From the human T2T-CHM13v2.0 reference genome, Homo sapiens, in NCBI RefSeq assembly GCF_009914755.1, contig NC_060932.1: a stretch of 64,000 nt of DNA. The stretch is one strand, 5' to 3'. The notes under the pieces were generated by a model. That model did not search any database, had not been told where the DNA came from, and worked only from the letters and a program-made list of their open reading frames with translations. The translations under genes were made by a program, and so were the position numbers. Below are positions 1 to 12,055 of the stretch, piece after piece. Position 1 is the stretch's first letter. Every line of letters begins with the position of its first letter.

Positions 1-44
1 AAAAAGGCCCTCAACAAAGTAGTGATCATTATTTTTTTATTTCA

Positions 45-620
45 ATAATGAACATTTATTAATCCTGCTATTTATTCTCAAGGCTCTTATAGTAGGCATG
101 GGAAATACAATAATAATACATGATTGCTGCTCTCTGCTTATTTTTAGTATTAAAGAGAAATAGGTGCTTGCCTAGATAAATACCAGTCAAGTTTATGAGT
201 TATAAAATAGCAGTTGTATTATGTACCACCCAGAAGTGGTAATGGTTAATACTGCTGCAGATTAATGACTCATAAGGAAGAGGCATTTGATCTACATTTT
301 GAAGAATGAGTTTGAGAGACAGGTATTGGGATGAATAGCACTCGGTGTCAAGAGTGATCCAACTGCTTAATGGATTTAGTGAACCATAAATGCTTTAGTG
401 TGGCAAGAAAGAGAAAAGAATGACAGTAGAGTTATGGAGTGGTTAATGTGACAAAATTAGGAATTTGGGCTTTATCCTGTGGGAAATGGCATGTTGTGAG
501 AATTTTTAAGAAGGAAGGGCAATCTGATGAAATCTATGTTTAAGAATGATAACTTTGGTGAAATAGGGAGGATGGACTAGAAGAATGAGAGGAGAAAGTA
601 GAACACATTAGAAGGTTGTA
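45..620 (-). mobile_element. L2 LINE relic
   Basis: Degenerate L2-type blocks (gaacatttatt..., ggaatttgggctttatcctgtgggaaatgg..., ggatggactaga); boundaries approximate. Confidence 0.55.
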
Positions 621-1061
621 TTGGAAGAGCTCTTCCATTCACAATGCATCTTAAAGTGCCTGTTACATACCAGGGAAACAATAAAAAATAAGTTGTTGAG
701 AGCTTAAAGCCAGTAGATTCAAATGCTGCAGAGAGTAGAAGACACAAATAAACAGAGGCAATTAAGAACTCTAATAAAGCTCAACATTCATCCTAGGATG
801 GCATGCAGAGTCTTCACAAATCAATCTACTTTGCAGTATTATTTCCCAGAATACATTATATAATAGCAAAATTGTACAACTCAGGGCTCCCCATACATGT
901 CTTATGCTGTATCTTTGAAAGCTATTCACTCTACCTGGAATGCCAAATTCTTTCTTCTTCCAGCTTCATATCTAGCCTTCTTTAGTCTCAACATCTGTGG
1001 TTATTCTCACTATTGGAACTAGAAACAGAATCCTAATTGATAAATTTACTAATTAGGCACT

Positions 1062-1105
1062 TCTGATGCAGATATTACAGAATGCTCTGTAATATCTGCA
1101 TCAGA
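1062..1105. repeat. Perfect inverted repeat, 20-bp arms, 4-nt loop
   Basis: tctgatgcagatattacaga-atgc-tctgtaatatctgcatcaga. Confidence 0.95.
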
Positions 1106-2727
1106 TCAGAGTATTTTTATTTATAGCTGAGTATGGATATTATTCCGTAAACATTCATGAATGCTTATAGAAGACTTATGTGATCTGGAAGGGTCTGTGG
1201 GGTTAAGGATTGACAAAGTAGAAACATTGGTTCTGAGATTTTCATCATGATGGTTTAGATGGTGCTTTTGCAACTTGAATGCACTGTGTATTTTAGGCTT
1301 TGTTTGTCCTGGGTATATTTAATTTAAAAGCCAATAAATTTGTATTATTAAAGTAATACTAAATATTTATTAAACGAACATTAAAACGTAGAAAAAACTT
1401 AAAAGAACAGCATTAAAAACACAGCTTTCTACCCCAGAGGTAACTCCTTCATGCATGTGGATATATTTTCTTTCTTTGATTTACTAACTATTCATTTTGA
1501 GTGTATTTTTTAATAGAATTTGCTCTCATTTTGAAAGTGAAACCTAATTTTCATTTTTATCTTTCCATGGAAACAGAGAACCTGTTTATAAACTCATAAT
1601 TAGCAGATCTTGTTATTCCTTTCAGCTTTAAGTTCAAACCACAAATTTGTAAAATTTTATAAATCGCAGAACTCAACCTTATCAGATCCTTACTGCCCCT
1701 AAAGTATTAGCTCACTTGGAGATGGTTTATTTTATATTATAAATAGCTTTAAGGGAATGAAGTTGTACTTCATAAAATAAAAACTAAGTGAGGTTTTTCT
1801 TAAAGAAAGGAGAAAGGCACATTATCTCATAGAATATTTATGTGCAATTGGCCTAAGATTAAAAGATTCAGACTATTGAAGAGCAAATTGTTTGCTTCAT
1901 CATAAAACAGATTCAACTGCAATGATCAGCCCTAATGAAGAGGAGGAGAGGCATAGATAATCTGAAATAGCACATGATACCAAAAAAGAACTTTTAAAAA
2001 ATGTTCTCAGTAGAGTAGGTTTTTATTGGTGTAGTTTGCTTTGTTTAATTCTTTTTGCTTGTTTGATTGCTTTGTTGATATCTGTAATACCTACTGATAA
2101 TACTTTCCCTTGGCTAGCATTAGTGTACATTTCTTGACATATATCAGTGGGCTATAGAAGGACAGAGACAAAAATTTGTTTTAACCAAGATTAGAATTTG
2201 TTTGCTTAGGGCCTCAGCCCAAGTGAATATCAAATTATAATTAGATTAATCTGGTTCCATTTTATCACATGCTTTTCTGCTGAAATTGAATCTCTCTGAC
2301 ATTAACTTACTAATTCAATAAGAAAAGGACAGGGTGCACAGAGTGATAGTATGTCCTTTTTTCCAATCAGTTGGCACTAGACAGTGTTTGCTGATACTTC
2401 GATCTCTGAATCCCTGTAGTCCCATCTTTTCCTAGTCCTTCATTTTCATTCTTTTGGGCTGTGGTTGGTGGACAGTTTTTTCTTTCTCTATTTCCACACG
2501 GATAATAGAAGCTTCTTAGTCATGAATAAGAACCTTGAGTATAAAAGAGTAATTACAGCAAAGAAGCATAGTGAGCAGGAGTTTGGAATATGAACATTAA
2601 GAAGTTTATATCTTTCCTTTGAAAAAGAGCTTCACTTAGCAGAGGGCAACCATTATTTGTCTTATTGGTTTAATAACTACTAACTTTTCCCCTTATCTCT
2701 GACTCAAAATTCATTGTTGGTCTTCAG

Positions 2728-2867
2728 TATGTAAGGCGGCCAAGGCTGACCTGGTATTTATGGTGGATGGATCCTGGAGCATTGGAGATGAAAATTTCAA
2801 TAAGATCATCAGCTTTCTATACAGCACTGTTGGAGCCCTGAACAAGATTGGCACAGATGGAACCCAA
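2728..2867 (+). CDS. COL14A1: COL14A1 exon A (140 nt), start of vWA2 with MIDAS DxSxS motif
   Basis: tcttcag|TA TGT AAG...ACC CAA|gtaagg; [46 protein letters not shown]; phase 1->0. Confidence 0.97.
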
Positions 2868-3249
2868 GTAAGGCTAATAAATAATTAATTCATTCTATGT
2901 ATTTAGAAATTATTTCTCCAGCTCTTATTACAGCTACTTGTCAGGGACTATAGGTCAAGAACTGTAATGATTGGGTTCAACCTTAAATGAAAGGATAGAC
3001 AGGTATGTGTTTGGAAGCAGCTTGTTGATGCCTGGCAAAGCTCCAGAGGATGCTTATCCTTAAAAGGTGTTGAGTTCGGCAAACTAAAACAAGGTAGAAA
3101 GTCCATGTCAGGGTGTTATTTTTACATACTAGGGTAGAATGTCTCCTTTAATGATACATACAATATTTTCCCTGCCCTTAAGCACTTTAAAATCTTGAAA
3201 GGAAAAGGTTAAGGTCACACCTTACTATAGATCATGTGGAACATGAAAC

Positions 3250-4770
3250 TAACTCATTCATTTAAAAAATATGTATCAAGGATTTATTATGGCCATGTAC
3301 TATACTGTCATAATGAATGTCAATCAATGTCTCTAATTTTGTGGGGCTCATATTCTTAAAAGTAAGGACAGAAGACATACCAGTCAGAATGGCTATTATT
3401 AAAAAGGCAAAAAATAACAGATGCTGGCAAGATTGTGGAGAAAAGGGAACACTTACACATCGTTGGCAGAAACGTAAATTAATTCAGCCATTAGATAAAG
3501 CACTTTGACAGTTTCTCAAAGAACTTAAAACAGAATTCCCAAACCCAGAAATCCCACTGTTGGATATATACCCAAAGGAATATAAATCATTCTACTGTAA
3601 AGACACATGCATGCACATGTATGTTCATTGTGGCAGTATTCACAATAGCAGACATGATATTAACCTAAATGCCCATCAATAGTAGACTGGATAAAGAAAA
3701 TGTGGTACATATACATCATGGAATATTATGCAACAATAAAAAAGAATGAGCTCATGTCCTTTGCAGCAACATGGATGAAGCTAGAGGCCATTATCCTAAG
3801 CAAACTAATGCATAAACAGAAAACCAAATACTGCATGTTCCCACTTATAAGTGGGAGCTAAACATCGAGTACATGTAGACACAAAGAAGGGAAGAGCAAA
3901 CACCAGGGCCTACTTGTGGGTGGAGGGTAGGAGGATAGTGAGGATCGAAAAATTACCTGTCAGGTAACATGCTGAATATCTGGATGATAAAATAATCTGT
4001 GCATCATATCCCATGACTTGCAATTTATCTCTCTAACAAACCTGCACATGTTCCCCTAAACCTAAAAGAAAAGTTAAAAAAAAAAACAAGAGAAAAGGGA
4101 CAGAGACAGATATAAACAGGCAAGCAAATAGATTCACAAGGTAGGGATGTAAGCTATGAAAACAGAGTGATGTGATTTAAAGATGTCAGGGGATTACTCT
4201 AAATTGTGTGTGACAGTTATTTTAAATTGTATGGTAAGCAAAGACCTCTTTGAGGAGGTGCCTTTTGAACTGAGATGTGAATGATACAGACTTAAAGATC
4301 TGAGAATAGAATTTCCAGACAGAGAAAATGATAAGTACAGAGGACCCAAGGTGAGAATGAGTTTTGAAACTTCATACACCAAAACTTGTGGCTAGAATAT
4401 AGTAGGTGAGAGTGTGAGGATAGAACAAGTGGAAGAAGCAGGCAAAAGCCAGATCATCTTGAGTCTTGTGGACCATCAAAGGAGTTGAGTATTATCATAA
4501 ATGCAACTGGAAGTCACTGGAAGGTTTTAAGGAGAGCCAAGATCTGATATGTTTCAGAAAAAAAGATTACCCCAACTGCTTTGTGGCATGTGAATTACTA
4601 ATAAGAATAAGAGTGCAAGCAGATAGACCAGTCAGGAAGATGCTCTCATGGTCCAGCAGAGTGATCATGGTGGCCTGGACTAGGGTGGTAGCAATGAGGT
4701 ACACTGAAACAAATGGATTTGGAATATATTGTGAAAGAATGGCTAAGAAAATGTGGGCACAAGAAGTACC
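3250..4770 (-). mobile_element. L2 LINE relic interrupted by an L1 3' fragment
   Basis: L2-type blocks on both sides of the L1 (cattcatttaaaaaatatgtatc...; gaggaggtgccttttgaactgag; tggtggcctggactagggtggtagc). Confidence 0.65.
3376..4086 (+). mobile_element. 5'-truncated L1 (old L1PA15/16-like) 3' end
   Basis: ORF2 C-terminal remnant PVRMAIIKK..NNRCW, L1 3'UTR, poly-A at ~4076-4086. Confidence 0.9.
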
Positions 4771-4789
4771 GTAAGAGGATAATGGATAT

Positions 4790-7700
4790 TTTGCAGAAAC
4801 CTTACAAGACAGGAGAGATTAGGGTCCTATTTTTAGCCTCCTTAAACAAAATAACTGTCAGCCAAGAATTCTGAATCCAGCAAAACTAAGTTTTATAAAT
4901 GGAGGAAAAATAAAGTCATTTTCAGGCAAACAAATGGTGAGAGAATTTGTCACTACCAGACCAGCCCTATAAGAAATGTTAAAAGAAGTTCTAAATTTGG
5001 AAACAAAAGGTTGATATACATCAGAATATAACCTCTTGAAAGCATAAAACTCATAGGGCCTATAAAACAATAACACAATGAAGAAAACAAAGTACTTAGG
5101 TAACAACATGGTGACTGGAACTGTACCTCACATCTCAATATTAACGTTGAATGTAAATAGCCTAAGTGCTCCACTTAAAAGATGCAGATTAGAAGAATGG
5201 ATACAAAATCACAAACCAAATATCTGCTATCTTTAAGAGACTCACCTAACATGTAAGGATTTGTATAAACTCAAAGTAAAGGGGTAAAAGAAGATATTCC
5301 ATGCAAATGGAAACCCAAAGCAAGCAGGAGTAGCAATTCTTATGTCAGATAAAACAGACTTTAAAGCAACAATAGTAGAAAAAAAAGACAAAGAAAGTCA
5401 TTATATAATGATAAAAGGATTGATCCAACAAGAAGATATTACAATCCTACATTTATATGGACTTAACTCTGGAGCTCCCAGATTCAGAAAACAATTACTG
5501 CTAGACCTAAGAAGTAAGACAACGACACAATAATAGTGGGGAACTTTAACACTCCACTAGCAGCACTAGACAGATAATCAAGACAGAGAATCAACAAAGA
5601 AGCAATGGTCTCAAACTACACTCTAGAACAAATGGACCTAACATGTATTTACAGAAGATTCTATACAAGAAGTGCAGAATATACATTCTTCACATCAGCA
5701 TATGGAACATTTTCCAAGCTAGACCATGATAGGCCACAAAACAAGTCTCAATAAATTTTTAAAAATCAAAGTCATATCAGGCATCTTCTCAGACCACAAT
5801 GGAATAAAACTAGAAATCAACTCCAAAAGGAATCCTCAAAAGTATACAAATACATGGAAATTAAACCATTTGCTCCTGAATGATTTTTGGGTTAATAATA
5901 AAATCAAGAAGGAAATTTAAAAATTATTTGGAATGAAAGATAATACTTACACAAGTTGTCAAAACCTCTGACATACAGTAAAAGCAGTTCTAAGAGGAAA
6001 ATATATAGCACTCAATGCCTACATCAAAAAGTCTGAAAAAGCACAAATTGGCAACCTAATGTCACACCTCAAGGAACTAGTGAAACAAGAACAAACCAAA
6101 GCCAAAGCTAGCAGAAGAAAAGAAATAACAAAAATCAGAGCAGAACTAAATGAAATTGAAACAAAAAGCAATAAAAAAGATCAATGAAACAAAAAATTGG
6201 TTCTTTGAAAAGATAAACAAAATTGATAGACCATTAGCTGGTTTAACCAAGAAAAAAGAGAGAAGGTTCAAATAGTCTCAATTAGAAATGAAAATAGAGA
6301 CATTACAACCAACACCACAGAAATGCAAAAGATTATTCAAGACTATTATGAACACCTCTATACATAGAAACTACAAAATCTGAAGGAAATGGATAAATTC
6401 CTGGAAACAACAACCCCCCTAGATTAAATCAAGAATAAGCCCTGAGCAGACCAACAACAGGCAGTGAGATTGCATCAGTGATTTTAAAACAGTTTTCCAA
6501 AAAAAAAAAAGGCCCAGGGCCAGATGGATTCACAGATGAATACTACCAGACATTCAAAGAAGAATTGGTACCAATTGTATGGAAACTATTAGGTTGGTGC
6601 AAACCACAACTACTTTTGCACCAACCTAATATTCTAAAAGATTAGAAGGGGAATTCTCACTAAATCTTTTTGTGAAGCCAGTATTACCTGATACAAAAAC
6701 CAGTAGAGGACATAATGAAAAAGAAAATTACATGCCAACATCCCTTGTGAACATAGACGCAAAAATAATCAACAAAATACTAGCTAAACAAATCCAACAA
6801 CACATCAAGAAGATAATACGCTGTGATCAGGTGGATGTCATCCCAGGGACACAGAGAGGGCTTAACATACACAAGTCAATAAATGTGATACATCACATAA
6901 ACAGAATTAATAACAAAAACCATATGTTCATCTCATAGATGCAGAAAGCATTCAATAAAATCCAGCATCCCTTTATGATAAATACTTTCAACAAATTGGG
7001 AATAGAAAGGACATACCTCAAAATAATAAATGCTATATATAGCAACCTCACAGCCAAAATCATACTGAATGGAAAAAAGTTGATAGCATTCCTTCTGAGA
7101 ACTGGAACAAGACAAAGATACTCATTTTCACCGCTTCTATTCAAGATAGTACTGGAAGTCCTAGCCAGAGCAATCAGGCAAGAGAAAATAATAAAGGGCA
7201 TCCAAACTGGAAAAGAAGAAGTTAAACTATTACTGTGTGCCAATGATATGATCATATACCTAGAGAACTTAAAGACTTCTCCAAAAGACTCCTAGATTTG
7301 ATAAACAAATTCAGTAAACTCTTAGGTTACAAATCAATGTATACAAATCAGTAGCACTGCTATACACCAACGATCAATTCTGAGATAAGAGATAAGGCCT
7401 GAGGATCAAATCAAGAACATAATCACTTTTACAATAGCTGCAAAAAAAATAGACATACCTAGGCATATATTATACTTAACTAAAGAGATGGAAATTCTCT
7501 TCAACAAGAATCACAAAACACTGCTAAGAGAAATCAGAGATGACACAAACAAATGGAAGCATCCCATGCTCATGGATTGAAATAATTCTTATGAAAATGA
7601 TCATATTTCCCAAAGCAATCTACAGATTCAATGCAATTCCTATACAAATATCAACATCGTTTTTCACAGAATTAGAAAAAACAATCCTGAAATTCATATG

Positions 7701-9210
7701 GAACCCAAAAAGAGCCCAAATAGCCAAAGCACTCCTAAACAAAAAGAAAAAAATCTGGAGGCATCACATTACCTGACTTCAAAGTATACTACAAGACCAT
7801 AGTTACTAAAACAGCATGATACTGATATAAAAATAAGCACATAAACTAATGGAACAGAAGAGAGAACCCAGAAATAAAGTCAAATACATACAACCAACTG
7901 ATCTTGGACAAAACATTCAAAAACATAAATTGGGGAAATGACACCCTATTTAATAAATGGCACTGGGAAAACTGGATAGCCACATGTAGAATGAAACTGG
8001 ATCCCTACCTCTCACCTTATACAAAAATCAACTCAAGATGGATCAAAGCCTTAAATCTAAGACCTGAAATGATAAAAATTCTAGGAGATAACCTGCGAAA
8101 AACTCTTCTGGACATTGACCTGGCAAGGAATTTATGACTAAGACTCCAAAAGCAAATTCAACAAAAACAAAAATAAATAAATGGTACCTAATTAAACTAA
8201 AAACCTTCTGAACAGCTAATCATCAGAGTAAACAGAAAACACAAGAATGGGAGAAAATATTTGCAAACTATGCATCTGACAAAGAACTAATATCCAGAAT
8301 CTACAAGAAACACACACAAATCAGCAAGAAAAAAACAAATATCTCATCAAAAAATGGGAAAATGGCATGAATAAACATTTCTCAAAAGAAGATACACAAA
8401 TGGCCCACAAACATATGGAAAAATGCTCAACATCACTAATCATCATGGAAATGCAGATTAAAACCACAATGAGATACCTCCTTGCCCCTGTAAGAATGGC
8501 CATTATTATAAGTCAAAAAACAATAGATGTCGGTGTGGATGTGGTGAAAAGGAAATATTTATACACTGCTGGTGGGCATGTAATTTAGTATAACCTCTAT
8601 GGAAAACAGTGTGGAGATTTCTTAAAGAACTAAAAGTAGATTTACCTTTGGTTCCAGCAATCCCAGTACTGGCTATCTACCCAAAGGAAAAGAAGTCATT
8701 ATGTCAAAAGACACCAGTAAACATATGTTTATTTTAGCACAATTCACAAATGCAAAGATATAGAACCAACTTCAGTGCCTGTCATCCAATGAGTAAAGAC
8801 AATGTTATATATATATGTAAAAAAATATATTATATATATATTTTACACAAACACACACCATGGAATACTACTCAGCCATAAAAAAGAACAAAGTAATGTA
8901 CTTTGCAGCAGCTTGAATGGAGGCCATTATTCTAAGTGAAGTAATTCAGGAATGGAAAATCAAATACCGTATGTTCTCACTTTTAAGCGAGAGCTAAGCT
9001 GTAGCTACACAAAGGAACACAGGGTGGTATAATGGACTTGGAGACTCAGAGTGGGGAGGGTGGAAGGTGGATGAAGGATAAAAAAACTACATACTAGATA
9101 GAATGTACACTACTTGGGTGATGGGTGCACTAAAATCTCAAACCTTGCCACTATACAATTCAACCATGTAACCAAATACCCTTGTACTCCAAAAGTATTG
9201 TAAATAAAAA
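4790..9210 (+). mobile_element. ~4.4-kb L1 (L1PB-like): end of ORF1, disrupted ORF2, 3'UTR
   Basis: ORF2 start MVTGTVPHISILTLNVN at ~5108; EN/RT fragments in ORF track (5342, 5726, 6672, 6939, 7540, 7904, 8367); many stops and frameshifts. Confidence 0.93.
6589..6629. mobile_element. Internally deleted MADE1 (Hsmar1 MITE) inserted into L1 ORF2
   Basis: TA|ttaggttggtgcaaa...ttttgcaccaacctaa|TA; terminal inverted repeats plus TA target duplication. Confidence 0.9.
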
Positions 9211-9216
9211 TAGGTT

Positions 9217-9542
9217 CCCCACCCTGTGTCCAAGTGTTCTCATTGTTCAATTCCCACCTATGAGTGAGAACATGCAGTGTCTGGTTTTCTGTCCTTGTGA
9301 TAGTTTGCTCAGAATGCTGGTTTCCAGTTTCATCCATGTCCCTTCAAAGGACATGAACTCATCCTTTTTTATGGCTGCATGGTGGGGGTAAGGGGGAGGG
9401 ATAGCATTAGGAGATATACCTAATGTAAATGACGAGTTAATGGGTGCAGCACACCAACATGGCACATGTATACATATGTAACAAACCTTCACATTGTGCA
9501 CAGGTACCCTAGAACTTAAAGTATAATAATAAAAAAAAAATA
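9217..9542 (+). mobile_element. Short L1PA insertion with 5' inversion (twin priming)
   Basis: Antisense L1 3'UTR 9217-9380, sense 3' end 9381-poly-A; 15-bp TSD aaataaaaataggtt at 9202-9216 and 9543-9557. Confidence 0.9.
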
Positions 9543-9827
9543 AAATAAAAATAGGTTATTAAAAAAGAGGAGAATAGGTAACATGCTGAGGCATGTCAGA
9601 AAGAAGCAAGTTCCCTTTGAATTGCAGGAGACTTTATAAAAATGGTGACATGTCCAGTAGACTGATAAACTGGCAGCAGCTTAAGGCCCATTTAAACAAA
9701 GCTCTCGAAAGATGCTATCTTTACTTATTAAATCATAATTCTGAAAAACAAATAAAAAACAATTAAAAATGATCCAAAAGTTCCACAGGAATAAAAGCCA
9801 GTTGTAAGAACTGAAGCCAGAAAGCTT

Positions 9828-10000
9828 TGTATAGTAGTGGTTAAGAACATACATTTTGACCTAGAATAGACCTAACTTCAACTGTTGACTCTGCCAGTGA
9901 CCACTCTTGTGATGTGCAAGTAACTTGTCTTTTGCAGCTCAGTTTCCTCAAGTGTAAAGTGAGTAGAATAGTAGTAATTACTTCATAGGTTTGCTTCATA
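9828..10000 (+). mobile_element. MIR SINE relic
   Basis: tagtagtggttaagaac...ctcagtttcctcaagtgtaaagtg core. Confidence 0.7.
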
Positions 10001-10149
10001 AGGAAATCTTTGTAAAGAGTCTAACTCTGATTTTCGGACATTTGTCAAGTTACCAAGCTTAGGCTGCCATTTTTAAACTGTCAAATGAGGTGGCAAAAAT
10101 CCTACAAGCTTGAAAGATTTTTAAAAAACTACTTTCTGAAAGTACTGAG

Positions 10150-10625
10150 AGACACATGCACTCCTATGTTCATTGCAGCACTATTCACAGTAACAAACAT
10201 GGAATGCCCATCAATGGTGGACTGCGTAAAGAAAATGTGGTGAACATACAGCAAGAAATACTACGCAGCCATAAAAAAGAACAAAATCATGTTCTTTGCA
10301 GCAACACGGGTGCCTCTGGAAGCCATTATCTTGTGCAAATTAACACAGAAACATGAAACCAAATACTGCATGCTCTCACTTAGAAGTGGGAGCTAAACAT
10401 CGAGTACACACGGACGTAAAGACGGGAACAATAGACACTAGGGGCTACTAGTAGGGGGAGAATAGAAGGAGGCTGAAGGTTGAAAAACTGCCTATTGGGA
10501 ACTATGCTCACTACCTGGGGGACAGAATCATTTGTACACCACCTCTCAGTGACATGCCGTCTACCCATGTAACAAACCTACACAATGTACCCTCTGAATC
10601 TAAAATAAAATTTTTAAAAAAGAAA
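10150..10625 (+). mobile_element. 5'-truncated old L1PA/PB 3' end
   Basis: L1 3'UTR (atgttcattgcagcactattcac...gtaacaaacctacac) with A-rich tail. Confidence 0.85.
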
Positions 10626-10804
10626 AGATGTATTTAATTTGTCTTCAAATTTGGTATGTAACTTGTATGAAAGAAATTTTAATCCAAGCAGATTTTGTAA
10701 TGAGATAATGAAGAAATTAAAACTACAGGTGACACTGTGCTGTTGCTCTCTGACCCAGTGGAAGTCTACATATGTGTGAAAATGAATACACCTTCTCTCT
10801 CCAG

Positions 10805-10928
10805 GTTGCAATGGTTCAGTTCACTGATGATCCCAGAACAGAATTTAAACTAAATGCTTACAAAACCAAAGAGACTCTTCTTGATGCAATTAAACACATT
10901 TCATACAAAGGAGGAAATACAAAAACAG
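10805..10928 (+). CDS. COL14A1: COL14A1 exon B (124 nt), vWA2
   Basis: ctctccag|GTT GCA ATG...ACA G|gtatga; [41 protein letters not shown]; phase 0->1. Confidence 0.97.
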
Positions 10929-11128
10929 GTATGACCAAAAGAAGCCCAGCTAAGGCTCAAAGTAATTCATTATTTGTAACTACTGAAATGACCTTTTATT
11001 TTAAGGCATAGTAATTTTTTAAAGATTATTTTTTTCATTAATTTAAGAACTTTGTTCCCACCCTTTCTTCTCCAGAAAAACAAAAATGGGAGGGAGTGAA
11101 ATCAAACTGTTGCCTTTCTTTGTTTCAG

Positions 11129-11272
11129 GAAAAGCAATTAAGTATGTTCGAGATACCTTGTTCACTGCAGAGTCAGGTACAAGAAGGGGCATCCCAAAGG
11201 TTATCGTGGTTATAACTGATGGAAGATCACAAGATGATGTGAACAAAATCTCCAGGGAGATGCAATTAGATG
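11129..11272 (+). CDS. COL14A1: COL14A1 exon C (144 nt), vWA2
   Basis: tgtttcag|GA AAA GCA...GAT G|gtaaga; [48 protein letters not shown]; phase 1->1. Confidence 0.97.
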
Positions 11273-11590
11273 GTAAGATATATAAACAATAGTGGCTACC
11301 AAATATGATGTTAGAATTGTTATTTTCTAAATACAAATTTATAGGCTATATCAGCATTACTTAAATGTTTTAAAATATTTCTTCATATTAACTAGACAGT
11401 GTAATTTTTAAAATACTTTCTGGTATACAAATCTGTAATTGTACTGCTTTGTTAGAGAAAATAGGTTATTTTCTCTAACACTTTTGTTACATACAGGATG
11501 CCCTTTATATGGAACTCTAGCAATTAAGTACTGTAAGAAAAGGACCAGGGAAAGAATCTTATTACAGAAACTCCTCAGCCTCTTAATCAT

Positions 11591-12055
11591 ACCCAAATGC
11601 CCATCAATGACAGACTGGATAAAGAAAATGTGGCACATATAAGCCATGGAATACTATGCAGCCATAAAAAAGAATGAGTTCATGTCCTTTGCAGGGAAAT
11701 GGATGAAGCTGGAAACCATCATCCTCAGCAAACTAACACAGGAACAGAAAACTAAACACCACATGTTCTCACTCATAAGTGGGAGCTGAACAATGAGAAC
11801 ACATGGACACAGGGAGGGGAACATCACACACGGGGGCCTGTCGGGGGTGGGGGGCAAGGGAGGGAGAGCATTAAGACAAATACCTAATGCATGCAGGGCT
11901 TAAAACCTAGATGACAGGTTGATAGGTGCAGTAAACCACCATGGCACACGTATACCTATGTAAAAAACCTGCATCTTCAGCACGTGTATCCCAGAATTTA
12001 AAGTAAAATTGTGTAAAAAAGAAAAAATATTGATTGAATATATATATATATATAT
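11591..12055 (+). mobile_element. 5'-truncated L1PA (L1PA7/8-like) with (TA)n-decayed tail, inside a MIR
   Basis: cccaaatgcccatcaatg...ccagaatttaaagtaaaa; flanked by 47-bp direct repeats. Confidence 0.9.

Noticed and set aside
7378-7402. ~20-nt non-consensus insert (gagataagagataag) in L1 ORF2
   Set aside because: Small slippage/repair insertion in a dead element; no source found by eye
4858-8588. Series of 60-120 aa ORFs with endonuclease/RT-like peptides
   Set aside because: Broken fragments of a dead L1 ORF2 and their antisense shadows; multiple stops and frameshifts, no 5'UTR promoter
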